A stretch of 54,161 nt of DNA from an uncultured Candidatus Saccharibacteria bacterium (GTDB lineage: Bacteria; Patescibacteriota; UBA1384; VFKW01): positions 1 through 54,161 of the forward strand of contig CAYZYR010000002.1 of the NCBI GenBank assembly GCA_964482785.1, in the 5' to 3' direction. Positions 1 through 9,656 of the stretch are shown here, one piece after another (position 1 is the stretch's first letter; the number at the start of each line of letters is the position of its first letter). Position numbers and translations under genes: made by a program. The notes under the pieces are model-generated. The model saw nothing but the letters and a program-made list of their open reading frames with translations. It did no database searches and was not told where the DNA came from.

Positions 1-1029
1 CGGTGCCTCATTTTTCAGCTGCCCTCCATTGCTCAGTTTCGTCACAAATTCAACAATCTCATCATCACTCAGATTATTCCTCGACACAAACTGAAACTGT
101 TTCCCGTTTCTCGCCTCAACCCAATACTTATACGGCCCACGATCCGCCACAATAACCAACAAAATATTATTAGACTTCTCACTCGCTAGCTCATCAAACA
201 ACTCAATACCGATCAAGTTCACCGCCCGATAATCGACCAGCATCACATTTGGCGTAATCCTTCTCATATATTCCAACAACTCATCCAAATTATGCGGCAA
301 AATCACATTCCACTTTTTCCTAAAGAAAATCTTTTTGAAATTAGGATTCGGATCGTAAATCAAAGCCGATTTAGCAAAAAGTTTACTTTTACCCCCAGCC
401 ATCAATATTAATATCCAGCTAAACCATACTCCAAAAAGTAACGAGAAAACATGCGAAGAATACGCCACAGTCACTCCTTCGCCATTCGATCGGATCATGC
501 TTATCAAATCATTCGCCAAATAATATAAAATCACCAGCCATGCCGACCACGCCCACCAGAAAATAAAGATTAAAGTCATCCCTATCTTATCCTTTGGCAA
601 AAGCACCAAATACGCCCCCATCACCGCCGAAATCGCCGCCGACGCTCCCAAAAGCGCCGTCCCATAATCATTAGTCATTCGCGATGTCACAATAAAAGCC
701 AGCGCTCCTATCATTCCACCAACCAGATAAATCAAAGCAAATTTAAGATGACCAACCATACTTTCCACCCTATCCCCAAAAATCCAAAAAAAGTACATAT
801 TACTAAAAACATGATAAACGTCCAAGTGCATAAACATCGATGTAAAAATCGTCTTATAATTTCCCCGACCAAGATCATTGATTCTAAAGATGACATTATC
901 CGCATTCAAGTCAGGAATAACCTGCAAATTATAGATAGCAAAAAATACCAAGTTAACAAAAACAATTAACCAAGTTAACCATGGCAAGCGAAAACATTTT
1001 AATCTTGACTCAGTTTTAAATGGAAACAT
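1..1029 (-). CDS. Rhomboid-family intramembrane serine protease fused to a C-terminal receiver-like (pseudo-REC) domain; the C-terminus runs off the left window edge
   Basis: Absent from the ORF track because there is no stop inside the window. My translation from ATG 1029..1027 gives MFPFKTESRLKCFRLPWLTWLIVFVNLVFF...HLDVYHVFSNMYFFWIFG...LLGASAAISAVMGAYL...AYSSHVFSLLFG, which carries the rhomboid HxxxN, GxSxxxxG and TM6 His motifs. It continues ...PNVMLVDYRAVNLIGIELFDEL...ILLVIVADRG. Track ORF 748..969(+) is antisense to it. Confidence 0.8.
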   Translation of the reverse strand, partial: MFPFKTESRLKCFRLPWLTWLIVFVNLVFFAIYNLQVIPDLNADNVIFRINDLGRGNYKTIFTSMFMHLDVYHVFSNMYFFWIFGDRVESMVGHLKFALIYLVGGMIGALAFIVTSRMTNDYGTALLGASAAISAVMGAYLVLLPKDKIGMTLIFIFWWAWSAWLVILYYLANDLISMIRSNGEGVTVAYSSHVFSLLFGVWFSWILILMAGGKSKLFAKSALIYDPNPNFKKIFFRKKWNVILPHNLDELLEYMRRITPNVMLVDYRAVNLIGIELFDELASEKSNNILLVIVADRGPYKYWVEARNGKQFQFVSRNNLSDDEIVEFVTKLSNGGQLKNEAP

Positions 1030-1046
1030 TTCCCTCCGGAACTCGA

Positions 1047-1397
1047 CTATCCACAGACAGCATTTTTATAATACTCAATCTCGCACTTCAAAAAAAAATC
1101 ATTCACTGCTACAACGTCGATCCTAATATCATGATCGCAATATTTAATACTCAATTCTTTGGCCAATGTTAACAATTTCGTCTTCTTTTTCTTATCAACC
1201 ATCTCTTCTGCTCTGCCAAATCTAAAAGAATTTTTTGTTTTCACCTCAACAATAACTATACAATCCCGATCTTTCGCCAGAATATCAATCTCTCCCAATT
1301 TCATTCTAACATTCGTATCCAATATTTCCATGCCGAGCTCTCGCAAAAAGCGGCAAGCTAATTGCTCACCGCTTTGCCCCGTTCTCTTATTATCCAT
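1047..1397 (-). CDS. YraN-family (UPF0102) endonuclease-like protein
   Basis: 116-aa ORF with GEQLACRFLRELGMEILDTNVR...GEIDILAKD...IVIVEVKT, the pattern typical of UPF0102/YraN. Confidence 0.8.
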   Translation of the reverse strand: MDNKRTGQSGEQLACRFLRELGMEILDTNVRMKLGEIDILAKDRDCIVIVEVKTKNSFRFGRAEEMVDKKKKTKLLTLAKELSIKYCDHDIRIDVVAVNDFFLKCEIEYYKNAVCG

Positions 1398-1402
1398 TTT
1401 AT

Positions 1403-2017
1403 TTATTCAGCTGACTTTTCGTCAGGTTTTGTTTCTTTATCTGTTTCTCCATCCACTGGAGTTTCAGTTTCTTCTGCAGAAGACTCGCCCTCAGTCGCAG
1501 TTACCGATCCCTCAGTCTCTTCAGAAATTTCATTCTCTGCTACAGTTTCAAAATCTTCTGTCTGGGGAGCTTCAACTTCTTCTTCGCTTTCAACAATATC
1601 TTCTACCGTTTCAGGAGTAACAGCCTCGTCGGCAGCAGTATTCTCATCCCAAATCTCACCCTCGATTTGCTCACCCTTCAAGCGCGCTTTTCTGCCAGTT
1701 AATTCGCGGATGTAATAAAGTTTTGCTCGTCTTACTTTACTTGCTTTTACTCTTTCAATCTTAGCAACTTTCGGCGAGTGCAAAGGATAAGTCCTTTCAA
1801 CGCCGACACCCGAAGCAATACGTCTTACTTTAAAAGTTCCATTAATTCCCATATCACCCTTAATCGAAATAACCAAGCCTTCAAAAACCTGAATTCTCTC
1901 TTTACCAGCCTCAATAATTCTCTGATGAACGCGAACAACATCACCTGGCCTTAAAGATGGAACAGCCTTTTTTAAATGTTTTGATTCAATTAATTCAATC
2001 GCTGGATGCTTGCTCAT
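1403..2017 (-). CDS. rplS: 50S ribosomal protein L19 with an ~85-aa acidic C-terminal tail
   Basis: The N-terminal ~115 aa read [32 protein letters not shown]...[13 protein letters not shown]...[12 protein letters not shown], which is L19. The tail is E/T/S/D-rich low complexity. Confidence 0.95.
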   Translation of the reverse strand: MSKHPAIELIESKHLKKAVPSLRPGDVVRVHQRIIEAGKERIQVFEGLVISIKGDMGINGTFKVRRIASGVGVERTYPLHSPKVAKIERVKASKVRRAKLYYIRELTGRKARLKGEQIEGEIWDENTAADEAVTPETVEDIVESEEEVEAPQTEDFETVAENEISEETEGSVTATEGESSAEETETPVDGETDKETKPDEKSAE

Positions 2018-2101
2018 AAAAATATTCCTTTCTATAGAAAGTTTGTTAGCAAGATATTAGGTAAAAATATATTTACCGATAAATCTAAATACATATTAAC
2101 A

Positions 2102-2162
2102 TAAAAAAGTCCCCGAGGCAAGACCATCTGCGATGACGCAGTGTCTTGTCTCAAGGGACTTT
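2102..2162 (-). terminator. Rho-independent terminator of the GC-rich three-gene operon
   Basis: On the minus strand, AAGTCCC..CAAGAC-loop-GTCTTG..GGGACTT forms an imperfect ~17-bp stem followed by TTTTTTAT. It lies ~75 nt after the stop at 2240. Confidence 0.6.
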
Positions 2163-2239
2163 CCTTTGATCGCTCTATTCGCTCTTGGACCCTAGCAGGT
2201 CTCTGTTGAGCGTCAGCGTTGTTTGCGTGGTAATCACCC

Positions 2240-2626
2240 TTAGCAATCACTCACCCAAGCTCGTGCAAAACTGCACTTGTATCGATCTACCGAGGTGTCT
2301 TGGATGACACCTTCTCCTTCTTCCGTAATGTTGTACAGCGCCGTTACAGTCACGCCATATCCATCACGCAGGTTGGTCTTGCAAGCATTCGCAACCCGAT
2401 CAAACATGACCATGATCTGATCGCGTGTCACTCGCAATCCATAGTCTCTCGCTTTTTGCAGAGACTTCTTGATGAACTCATCTAACGTAGGTACGTATGG
2501 AGACTCGATAATGACTAGTATCATCATATTTGATCTCCTTACATAGATAGAAAGCTGCCGTCTGACGACTACCGCACCTTCACCCTCGCCCAGGGTTACG
2601 GTGCTACCTCTGCCCAGCTCACTCAT
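2240..2626 (-). CDS. Hypothetical protein (third gene of the GC-rich operon)
   Basis: ATG at 2626 has GGGGAGG 7 nt upstream. An alternative ATGATG at 2527 has AAGGAG 7 nt upstream. The track ORF start at 2695 overlaps the upstream gene and is unlikely. I recognise no family. Confidence 0.5.
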   Translation of the reverse strand: MSELGRGSTVTLGEGEGAVVVRRQLSIYVRRSNMMILVIIESPYVPTLDEFIKKSLQKARDYGLRVTRDQIMVMFDRVANACKTNLRDGYGVTVTALYNITEEGEGVIQDTSVDRYKCSFARAWVSDC

Positions 2627-2639
2627 GATGCGACCTCCC

Positions 2640-2960
2640 CTATAACGACGCTGCGACAGGTACTCGCCCAGCACCAGTCGTAGCCATAGTAGCATTGGTC
2701 CACTTGCGGACAGCCCCTCTGACCATGTTGATCAGAGTCCTCTCGTCCATCCGCCCTTCCTTAGGCAGATTGCAGCCGAGAGCATCGCCCGAAAAACGGA
2801 CTCTAAGAGGTTTTCTGCCTCCGCGCAACTCGATATAAACATCTACATTCATACCAGCTCTGTGGAACATATCGTGAACCTCTCCTGCGATATGCCCGAC
2901 GCTTACCGTCTTTGCATTTCTTGTCTTACTATTCTTCATCAGTCGCTCCTCCTTGATCAT
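2640..2960 (-). CDS. Hypothetical small protein, paralog-like to the 2957..3313 product
   Basis: ATG 2960 overlaps the upstream stop (ATGA). An alternative ATG at 2939 has AAGGAGGAG 6 nt upstream. The core FHRAGMNVDVYIELRGGRKPLRVRF..ALGCNLP...LINMVRGAVRKW aligns by eye with the upstream gene. Confidence 0.55.
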   Translation of the reverse strand: MIKEERLMKNSKTRNAKTVSVGHIAGEVHDMFHRAGMNVDVYIELRGGRKPLRVRFSGDALGCNLPKEGRMDERTLINMVRGAVRKWTNATMATTGAGRVPVAASL

Positions 2961-3313
2961 TCAGCAAATCGTGCAGTCATTGCAGAATCTTGACCAACCA
3001 CGGTCAGTCCGCGAGCTGCCACCCAAGCAGCATCCTCAAGTCGCCGCCTCTCCAGACCCTCAACTGCCAGTTTTATAACCGCAGTAATACTCTCCGGAGT
3101 TGCATCCATATAGACAGGAAGCCTCAGGTCATTAGCCGCTTTCGCATCCAACGACACCCAGACTTTTCCTCTACCATGGAAACGCTCCACCTCAATAGGC
3201 TGAAGCCCAACACGATAGAGAAAGTTGTTCACACAGCCCTCCCAGTCTGTCAATTCTCCGACAGACATCCTGCTTTCCTCAAAATCCCGTTTTAATCTTG
3301 GCACATCTTTCAC
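2957..3313 (-). CDS. Hypothetical small protein (first gene of the GC-rich operon)
   Basis: GTG start preceded by GAGGTGA. The core FLYRVGLQPIEVERFHGRGKVWVSL..ANDLRLP...ITAVIKLAVEG resembles the next gene. GC content is much higher than in the flanking rplS and rpmA. Confidence 0.55.
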   Translation of the reverse strand: MKDVPRLKRDFEESRMSVGELTDWEGCVNNFLYRVGLQPIEVERFHGRGKVWVSLDAKAANDLRLPVYMDATPESITAVIKLAVEGLERRRLEDAAWVAARGLTVVGQDSAMTARFAE

Positions 3314-3453
3314 TTTTTCACCTCTTCCATGAGATTTCCTAAGCTCTGAGCAAAAATGATTTTACCCACAGCCGTAGGCAGCATCCATTTTTGAAAAAAT
3401 AAATACTGCCTACAACCGTAGATTATTTTAAATGTTCGAAAAAATATGGCTAT

Positions 3454-3482
3454 AGAATACAGCTAATTCAAGCATTTGTCAA
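3454..3482 (-). promoter_or_regulatory. Sigma70-like promoter for the three-gene operon
   Basis: Minus strand reads TTGACA (3482..3477), a 17-nt spacer, then TATTCT (3459..3454). It lies between the rpmA stop and the hairpin at ~3370-3425. Confidence 0.4.
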
Positions 3483-3561
3483 GACCTCGATTAGTATCAA
3501 CATTCAACATAAATAAAAACGACCCCTTAAGGAACCATTTTTCTATTCAATACAATTCTAT

Positions 3562-3840
3562 TTATTCCGCATCAACATTTACAAACCGAGTCTTCTCAAG
3601 ATTGCCATTAAATTTCTTAATATGTTTAACTTCAAACTTAACTACACCGTTGCATTTAGCGTAAATCGTATCATCAACACCCATAGCAGTATTTCTTCCA
3701 GCGTAAAACTTGCTTCCACGCTGACGAATTATGATATTACCGGCTACAACTTTTTGTCCGCCAAAAAGTTTAACGCCTAAGCGCTTCGCAATCGAATCTC
3801 TACCTAACTTACTTGTACCCTTCGCTTTTGTATGGGCCAT
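3562..3840 (-). CDS. rpmA: 50S ribosomal protein L27
   Basis: [48 protein letters not shown] is canonical L27. Confidence 0.95.
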   Translation of the reverse strand: MAHTKAKGTSKLGRDSIAKRLGVKLFGGQKVVAGNIIIRQRGSKFYAGRNTAMGVDDTIYAKCNGVVKFEVKHIKKFNGNLEKTRFVNVDAE

Positions 3841-4005
3841 AATTACTCCTTATCACACTGTCGATCGTGATCAAAATTTCCCAATAATTTCAATAAAATT
3901 TTCCGACAATGACGATAAAATAAAAATCTAACATCAAATCCTAAACTCAATCTCCAAACCTGAAAATTTGGCTTTTGACATTTGGCATTCACAACTTGTG
4001 AATTA

Positions 4006-4034
4006 ATTGTACCTAATATATTTGCAAATGTCAA
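4006..4034 (-). promoter_or_regulatory. Sigma70-like promoter ~165 nt upstream of rpmA
   Basis: Minus strand reads TTGACA (4034..4029), 17 nt, then TACAAT (4011..4006). Confidence 0.5.
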
Positions 4035-4380
4035 CGCACATGCTACATTGAATTTAGCCCAATATCAGCAATTTTTACAAGCACGCCAAAAGCGACAATA
4101 TGCTTCCCGATAAAAAATCTCAGAAACTAAATTATGCTCATAGGTAGATTATATGTCCGCCTGCTAAGGCCATTTTAACCCGTAATCTACCAAGAGAATA
4201 ATTTAATTTCAAGGTTCCGATTTTAGCTTGCTTCGAAGCTGGTTTTCGCGGCGAATGAATAAGATTTGTAAATAAAGAGAAAACACATGCTAACATCTCC
4301 TCCCTTTACAGACAAAACAAATATAATTAATAAGCTAAAAATCAATAAAAGCTATTGCCAATAAATCAATTTTAAAAAAT

Positions 4381-7300
4381 ATGTCAAATTTCATTCACTT
4401 ACACGTTCACAGTCATTATTCATTACTAGACGGATTGGGGAAAATTCCTGATCTTGTTGCCCGTGCTAAAAAATACGGCATGGATTCACTTGCTCTTACC
4501 GATCACGGCGTCATGTATGGAGCTATCGAATTTTATCAAGAATGTATTAAACAAGGCATTAAACCAATAATCGGCGTCGAAACTTACGTCGCTCCCCGGA
4601 CTATCAACGACCGTGTCCCAAAGATCGACACCACCCCATATCACCTAGTATTATTAGCAAAAAACTATCAAGGCTACGAAAATCTTCTAAAATTAATCTC
4701 CATCGCTCATCTCGACGGCTACTATTACAAACCCAGGATAGACAAGGAAATCCTCAAACAGCACAAAGAAGGTCTGATCGCTCTAAGCGCTTGTTTAGGA
4801 GGAGAAGTCGCCTCGCACGCCGGACATAGCAACAAAACAGCCGCCGAAAAATCCCTCCAAGACTACATCGACATATTCGGCAAAGAAAATTTCTATCTTG
4901 AACTCCAACATCATCCCAATCTCGAGCGTCAAAACATCGCCAACCAAATCCTTATAGAATTGGCTAGAAAGCACAATATTGGACTAGTAGCTACCAATGA
5001 TGTCCATTATATCGATAAAGGCGATGCAGAGGCTCAGGACGTCTTGCTGTGTGTCCAAACGGGCAAACTCATGACTGACATAGACCGCATGTCCATGAAA
5101 GAGGGTGGAGAATATTTAGATATCTCATTCCGCTCCCCTGAAGAAATGTCTCAAGCCTTCTCGCATGTACCAGACGCCATCGAAAACACCCAAAAAATCG
5201 CTGACCAATGTCAAATCGAAATAGAGATAGGCAAATTCCGCTTTCCCGAGTTCGCTCTGCCTGAAGGATATAATTACGAAACATACGTCAGAAAATTAAT
5301 CGACGAAAGATTGCCTCAAAAAGTCCCGACAGTTACAGAAGAAATGAAAAAACGCATTGATTACGAATTTGATGTTATCAAAGAAAAAGGCTATCTTGGC
5401 TACTTCCTAATTGTTCAGGATTTAGTCCACTGGGCCAGAGAAAGAGGTATCCCGACCAACACCAGGGGCTCTGCTGCCGGCTGTCTTGTCTCTTACGCTC
5501 TTGGTATTACCCCCTCTAAATTAAACCCATTAGACTACAACTTGCCCTTCGAAAGATTCCTAAATCCATTTCGTCCTTCCGCTCCCGATATCGATATCGA
5601 CATCGCCGACGCTGGCCGCAACGCTCTCATCGCCTACGTCTCCGAAAAATACGGTGCCGACCGTGTCGCTCAGATCTGTACCTTCGGAACCATGGCTGCC
5701 AAAGCCGCTATCCGCGACGTTACCAGAGCGCTAGGTTTTCCTTATGCCTTCGGCGATATGCTTTCCAAGCTCATCCCGACAGGTTCGCAAACCCAAGCTA
5801 TGAGCATTAAAAAGGCTCTCGACACCGCTCCCGAATTTAAAGAACAATATGACAATGACCCCAACGCCAAACGAGTCATCGACCTCGCCGTCAGACTGGA
5901 AGGTTGTGCCCGCCATGCCTCCGTCCACGCTGCCGGCGTTGTCATCGCTCCTGATGAAATCATCAAATTCACTCCTGTAATGCGCGACAACAAAGGCGAC
6001 CGCATGGTTACTCAGTATGAAATGCACGCCGTCGGAGAAGATGGCATCGGATTAATCAAAATGGACTTCTTAGGCCTAGCCAATCTGACGATCATCCAAG
6101 ACGTCTTGAGAATTATCAAAAAAACCAGAAACATCGATATAAAATTAGACGAACTAGAATTAGACGATCCCAAAACCTTCGAGCTTCTTGCCAATGCCGA
6201 AACCATCGGCGTCTTTCAGCTTGAATCAGAAGGCATGCGCAAGTATATCAAAGAACTAAAACCAACCAACATCAACGATATCATGGCCATGGTTGCCCTC
6301 TATCGTCCCGGCCCCATGAACTTCATCCCTCAGTACATCGAGCGAAAACACAATTCCTCCAAAATCCAATATCTCGATCCGCGCATGTCCAAAATTCTCG
6401 ACAAATCTCTCGGTCTGATCGTTTACCAAGACGACGTTTTAATGATTGCCATCGAACTAGCTGGATACAACTGGCAGGAAGTCGATAAATTCAGAAAAGC
6501 CATCGGTAAAAAAATAGTCAAAGAAATGGTTGCCCAAAAAGAAAAATTCTTCAAACAAATCATCGAAAGAGGCATGAAGAAGGATGTGGCCCAGGAACTC
6601 TGGAACCAAATCGAAACATTTGCCGGTTACGGATTCAACAAAGCCCATGCCGCCTCTTATGGTCTAGTCGCCTATCAGACAGCTTACCTCAAATCCCACT
6701 TCCCCTCCGAATTTATGGCCGCCTGGCTCACTTCAGAACAACACCGAGATATCGAAAAAGTCGCCTTCGCCCTCCAAGAAGCCGAAAGAATGAAAATCAA
6801 AGTCCTACCACCAGACATAAATTCTTCATTCGTCGACTTTGGCGTTATACCTGGAACATGGGAAATCAGCTACGCTCTCGCTTCCATCAAAAACGTCGGT
6901 AGAGGTGCCGCTGAAGAAATAACAGAAGAACGAAAAAATAACGGCCGATTCAAATCGCTTGAAGACTTCATCGAGAGACTAGGTCCCACAGTCATCAACA
7001 AAAAAATTCTCGAAAACCTTGCCAAAGCCGGTGCCCTCGATTCGCTCGCAGAAAGAAATTTAATAATCAATAATATGGAAGAAATCCTAAAATTTTCCGA
7101 CAGCGTCGCCAAATCAAAGCAATCTACCCAGATAAATCTTTTCGGGCTTCAAGAGCAATCTACCAAACATACCCTAAAACTCGAAGGCGCCAAACCCGCA
7201 GATAAAAAACAATGTCTCGCCTGGGAAAAAGAACTGCTCGGCATCTATCTCTCAGATCATCCATTAAAGACCATACAAAATATATTACCCAAGATTTCTA

Positions 7301-8013
7301 CCCCCATAGCCTACCTCGGAGCAAAAGTCGGCACCACCCAAAGAATTGCCGGCATCGTCACCCAATCAAAAAAAATTCTCACTAAAAACAATGAAAATAT
7401 GATCTTCATGAGACTTGAAGATCTATCAGGCAATTTAGAAGTTGTAGTTTTTCCCAGAGCCTACGATATCTGCAAAGACTGCACTCAAATAGACAGGCTT
7501 GTTGTAGTCGAAGGCAGAGTTCAAAACAAAGACGACGAAATAAAATTTATCGCCGAGACAATAGAAGAAATTCCTCAAGACGCCGAGGATCTTATCAGGA
7601 TGGAAATAAAGCTTCAAAAAAACAGCAAAGAAGTCGAAAAAAAATCTAAAAAAACATCCTCCCGAAGCTTCTGCTCATCAGGAGAAAATTTACCAAAAAG
7701 TCAAACTGTAAAAGAAAACTCTCTTCCCAAGCCGCCGAAACCAGAAAAACCGGCCCTCACCCTAAAACTAGAACACAAACATACCCAAAAAACTCTCCTT
7801 GAACTAAAAGAAATCTTTGCCAAATATCCAGGTCAAACACCTGTCAAGCTTCAAGTGCCCATAAACTCTCACCACAAAGAAGTTAAAACCAAAATCACCG
7901 TCAGCCCCTCAGGTGACCTTATAAACGAATTATCTCATTTAATAGACCCAATCAACATCCATGTCCCAGTCGCAAATTTACCCATAGATTCTACAACCGA
8001 CTTACTACCATGA
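4381..8013 (+). CDS. dnaE: DNA polymerase III alpha subunit with a ~170-aa K/P/S-rich C-terminal extension
   Basis: PHP domain start FIHLHVHSHYSLLDG, followed by the polymerase core and an OB-fold region. 1210-aa ORF ending in TGA. Confidence 0.95.
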   Translation: MSNFIHLHVHSHYSLLDGLGKIPDLVARAKKYGMDSLALTDHGVMYGAIEFYQECIKQGIKPIIGVETYVAPRTINDRVPKIDTTPYHLVLLAKNYQGYENLLKLISIAHLDGYYYKPRIDKEILKQHKEGLIALSACLGGEVASHAGHSNKTAAEKSLQDYIDIFGKENFYLELQHHPNLERQNIANQILIELARKHNIGLVATNDVHYIDKGDAEAQDVLLCVQTGKLMTDIDRMSMKEGGEYLDISFRSPEEMSQAFSHVPDAIENTQKIADQCQIEIEIGKFRFPEFALPEGYNYETYVRKLIDERLPQKVPTVTEEMKKRIDYEFDVIKEKGYLGYFLIVQDLVHWARERGIPTNTRGSAAGCLVSYALGITPSKLNPLDYNLPFERFLNPFRPSAPDIDIDIADAGRNALIAYVSEKYGADRVAQICTFGTMAAKAAIRDVTRALGFPYAFGDMLSKLIPTGSQTQAMSIKKALDTAPEFKEQYDNDPNAKRVIDLAVRLEGCARHASVHAAGVVIAPDEIIKFTPVMRDNKGDRMVTQYEMHAVGEDGIGLIKMDFLGLANLTIIQDVLRIIKKTRNIDIKLDELELDDPKTFELLANAETIGVFQLESEGMRKYIKELKPTNINDIMAMVALYRPGPMNFIPQYIERKHNSSKIQYLDPRMSKILDKSLGLIVYQDDVLMIAIELAGYNWQEVDKFRKAIGKKIVKEMVAQKEKFFKQIIERGMKKDVAQELWNQIETFAGYGFNKAHAASYGLVAYQTAYLKSHFPSEFMAAWLTSEQHRDIEKVAFALQEAERMKIKVLPPDINSSFVDFGVIPGTWEISYALASIKNVGRGAAEEITEERKNNGRFKSLEDFIERLGPTVINKKILENLAKAGALDSLAERNLIINNMEEILKFSDSVAKSKQSTQINLFGLQEQSTKHTLKLEGAKPADKKQCLAWEKELLGIYLSDHPLKTIQNILPKISTPIAYLGAKVGTTQRIAGIVTQSKKILTKNNENMIFMRLEDLSGNLEVVVFPRAYDICKDCTQIDRLVVVEGRVQNKDDEIKFIAETIEEIPQDAEDLIRMEIKLQKNSKEVEKKSKKTSSRSFCSSGENLPKSQTVKENSLPKPPKPEKPALTLKLEHKHTQKTLLELKEIFAKYPGQTPVKLQVPINSHHKEVKTKITVSPSGDLINELSHLIDPINIHVPVANLPIDSTTDLLP

Positions 8014-8164
8014 CCCTTCAAAGAGAAACTTAAACTCATTATCCTGCTTTACCAGAAGCAAAGTCAAAGATCTTCTATCTTAAATAACTCTTCATGTAAC
8101 GAAAAATACCTCAGATACAAATCTGACTTTTCCGAATATATTTATTTATGATCAGATTTATAAT

Positions 8165-9628
8165 TTAAATATCAGGTCGTTCCAATCTAGTATATATTTG
8201 TTGAGAGCTATTATCTGCCGCATCGTAAGCCTCAATTACTACATACAAATACCAGCAGCAATATTCTCCTTCAGGATCAAAATAAGGTAAATAATCCGCT
8301 CGATTTATCGAAATAGGGGTATTAGTCTCTACATCACTCCTCAATATCTCAACCCACAAATCTCCTTGAATACTTACACGATAGCCTACAACTCCCACAT
8401 TATCATTTGCTGCATCCCAACTTATAGTCAGCTTTTCATTCGTTTTTGCTATCTTCGGACTGGCGTTCATAGGAAAAACCGGCGCATAATGATCCTTATC
8501 TCCTGTGCCAACGGTAAAAGGCTGTTCCCAATCCACCCAAGTTCCTGAAACATTTTTCTTAAAGTAGCTATGATTTCCTGCTTGATCAACTGCTTTAACC
8601 CTTGCTATATAATCTCCGGCCGGAATATTATTTTCTGTAGCGCTAATACCCACAAAACTAGTAGAATAATAGTTCGAATTTACCGCAACAGTTTTTAAGT
8701 CATTCCAACTGTCACTTGATTTTTTGTATTCGTAAACAAAACCGCTTATACCGCTAGCATCTTGTGCGTAAGGACCATAAAAATGCACGGTATTCTGTTC
8801 AATATCTACATAAAAATTATACTCCCATCCACTAGTCGCCCAAGTCGGCGCTTGAGTATCAGTCGAAGAAAAGTTGATAAAACTAGATACCTTTGTCGTA
8901 CTCACATTCCCTTCGGGATCATGTGCAAAAACATTAAATCTATAGCCTGTCGATGCAAAATTAATCCCCAAACTACTTAAATTCAAAAAACTATCTTTCG
9001 TGTCAGTAGAAACTCTAGTCCACGTTCCGGTTTCATCTGTTTCACTGCTCGATTGTTTGTACCATACCACATACTTAAGATTATCATAAGAATCATCTAT
9101 CGCTTTCGGCCAATAAACTATCACGTTTGTTGGCGTTCCTCCGGAACGCGTGGACTGTATAAAAGATTTATGTTCCGCTCGCCAATAAGGTATAAAATTA
9201 TTAGTTGACTTCGAGGCAAAAGCAACACCATTCTCATATCCCCGTCCAAAAAAGCTATTATCATTAAGCTTTCCCCGTATTTCATAATTATCGGCGTTTA
9301 TACACTTTATTTTAAAATACTGATCATCCCCTGTTTTCCCATTTATCTTAGGAATTTTTCCAAGCAATTCCTCAAACATATTTCCGATAGCAGAACCATC
9401 TGTTATATCCTGCAATCCCTCTTCCATCCCAGGAGGACATTTCTCCCCATTCTCTGCCATATACGAAGTCAAAGCTGTATCAAGCGACCTCAGATCAGAT
9501 TTTGTTTGCACGTCCTGCGCCTTCTGTCTTACTGACCTCATCCCAACCAAAACAATGCTGGCAAGAACGCCTATTATCGAAACAACAACCATCAGCTCTA
9601 TCAACGTAAAAGCAAGTCTTTTTCTCAT
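8165..9628 (-). CDS. Large type IV pilin-like protein with repeated Ig/FN3-like modules (putative pilus-tip or adhesin pilin)
   Basis: The N-terminus MRKRLAFTLIELMVVVSIIGVLASIVLV is a prepilin methylation-type motif with Ala at -1. The C-terminus has three modules ending in D-x-x-G/D-N-x-S (HDPEGNVS, VDQAGNHS, YDAADNSS). Confidence 0.75.
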   Translation of the reverse strand: MRKRLAFTLIELMVVVSIIGVLASIVLVGMRSVRQKAQDVQTKSDLRSLDTALTSYMAENGEKCPPGMEEGLQDITDGSAIGNMFEELLGKIPKINGKTGDDQYFKIKCINADNYEIRGKLNDNSFFGRGYENGVAFASKSTNNFIPYWRAEHKSFIQSTRSGGTPTNVIVYWPKAIDDSYDNLKYVVWYKQSSSETDETGTWTRVSTDTKDSFLNLSSLGINFASTGYRFNVFAHDPEGNVSTTKVSSFINFSSTDTQAPTWATSGWEYNFYVDIEQNTVHFYGPYAQDASGISGFVYEYKKSSDSWNDLKTVAVNSNYYSTSFVGISATENNIPAGDYIARVKAVDQAGNHSYFKKNVSGTWVDWEQPFTVGTGDKDHYAPVFPMNASPKIAKTNEKLTISWDAANDNVGVVGYRVSIQGDLWVEILRSDVETNTPISINRADYLPYFDPEGEYCCWYLYVVIEAYDAADNSSQQIYTRLERPDI

Positions 9629-9656
9629 ATTTTACTCCTCTCAAGCTAAGGCCAAT

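Noticed and set aside
748-969. Track ORF (73 aa, plus strand)
   Set aside because: It lies antisense inside the rhomboid gene, which I translated on the minus strand. Its composition is low-complexity and basic.
3843-4034. Track ORF as a possible rplU (L21) upstream of rpmA
   Set aside because: Its translation has no L21 similarity, and the interval instead holds a consensus promoter and leader.
5069-7617. Several 60-100-aa minus-strand ORFs inside dnaE
   Set aside because: They are antisense to a confidently identified 1210-aa gene. They have no SD and no recognisable motifs.
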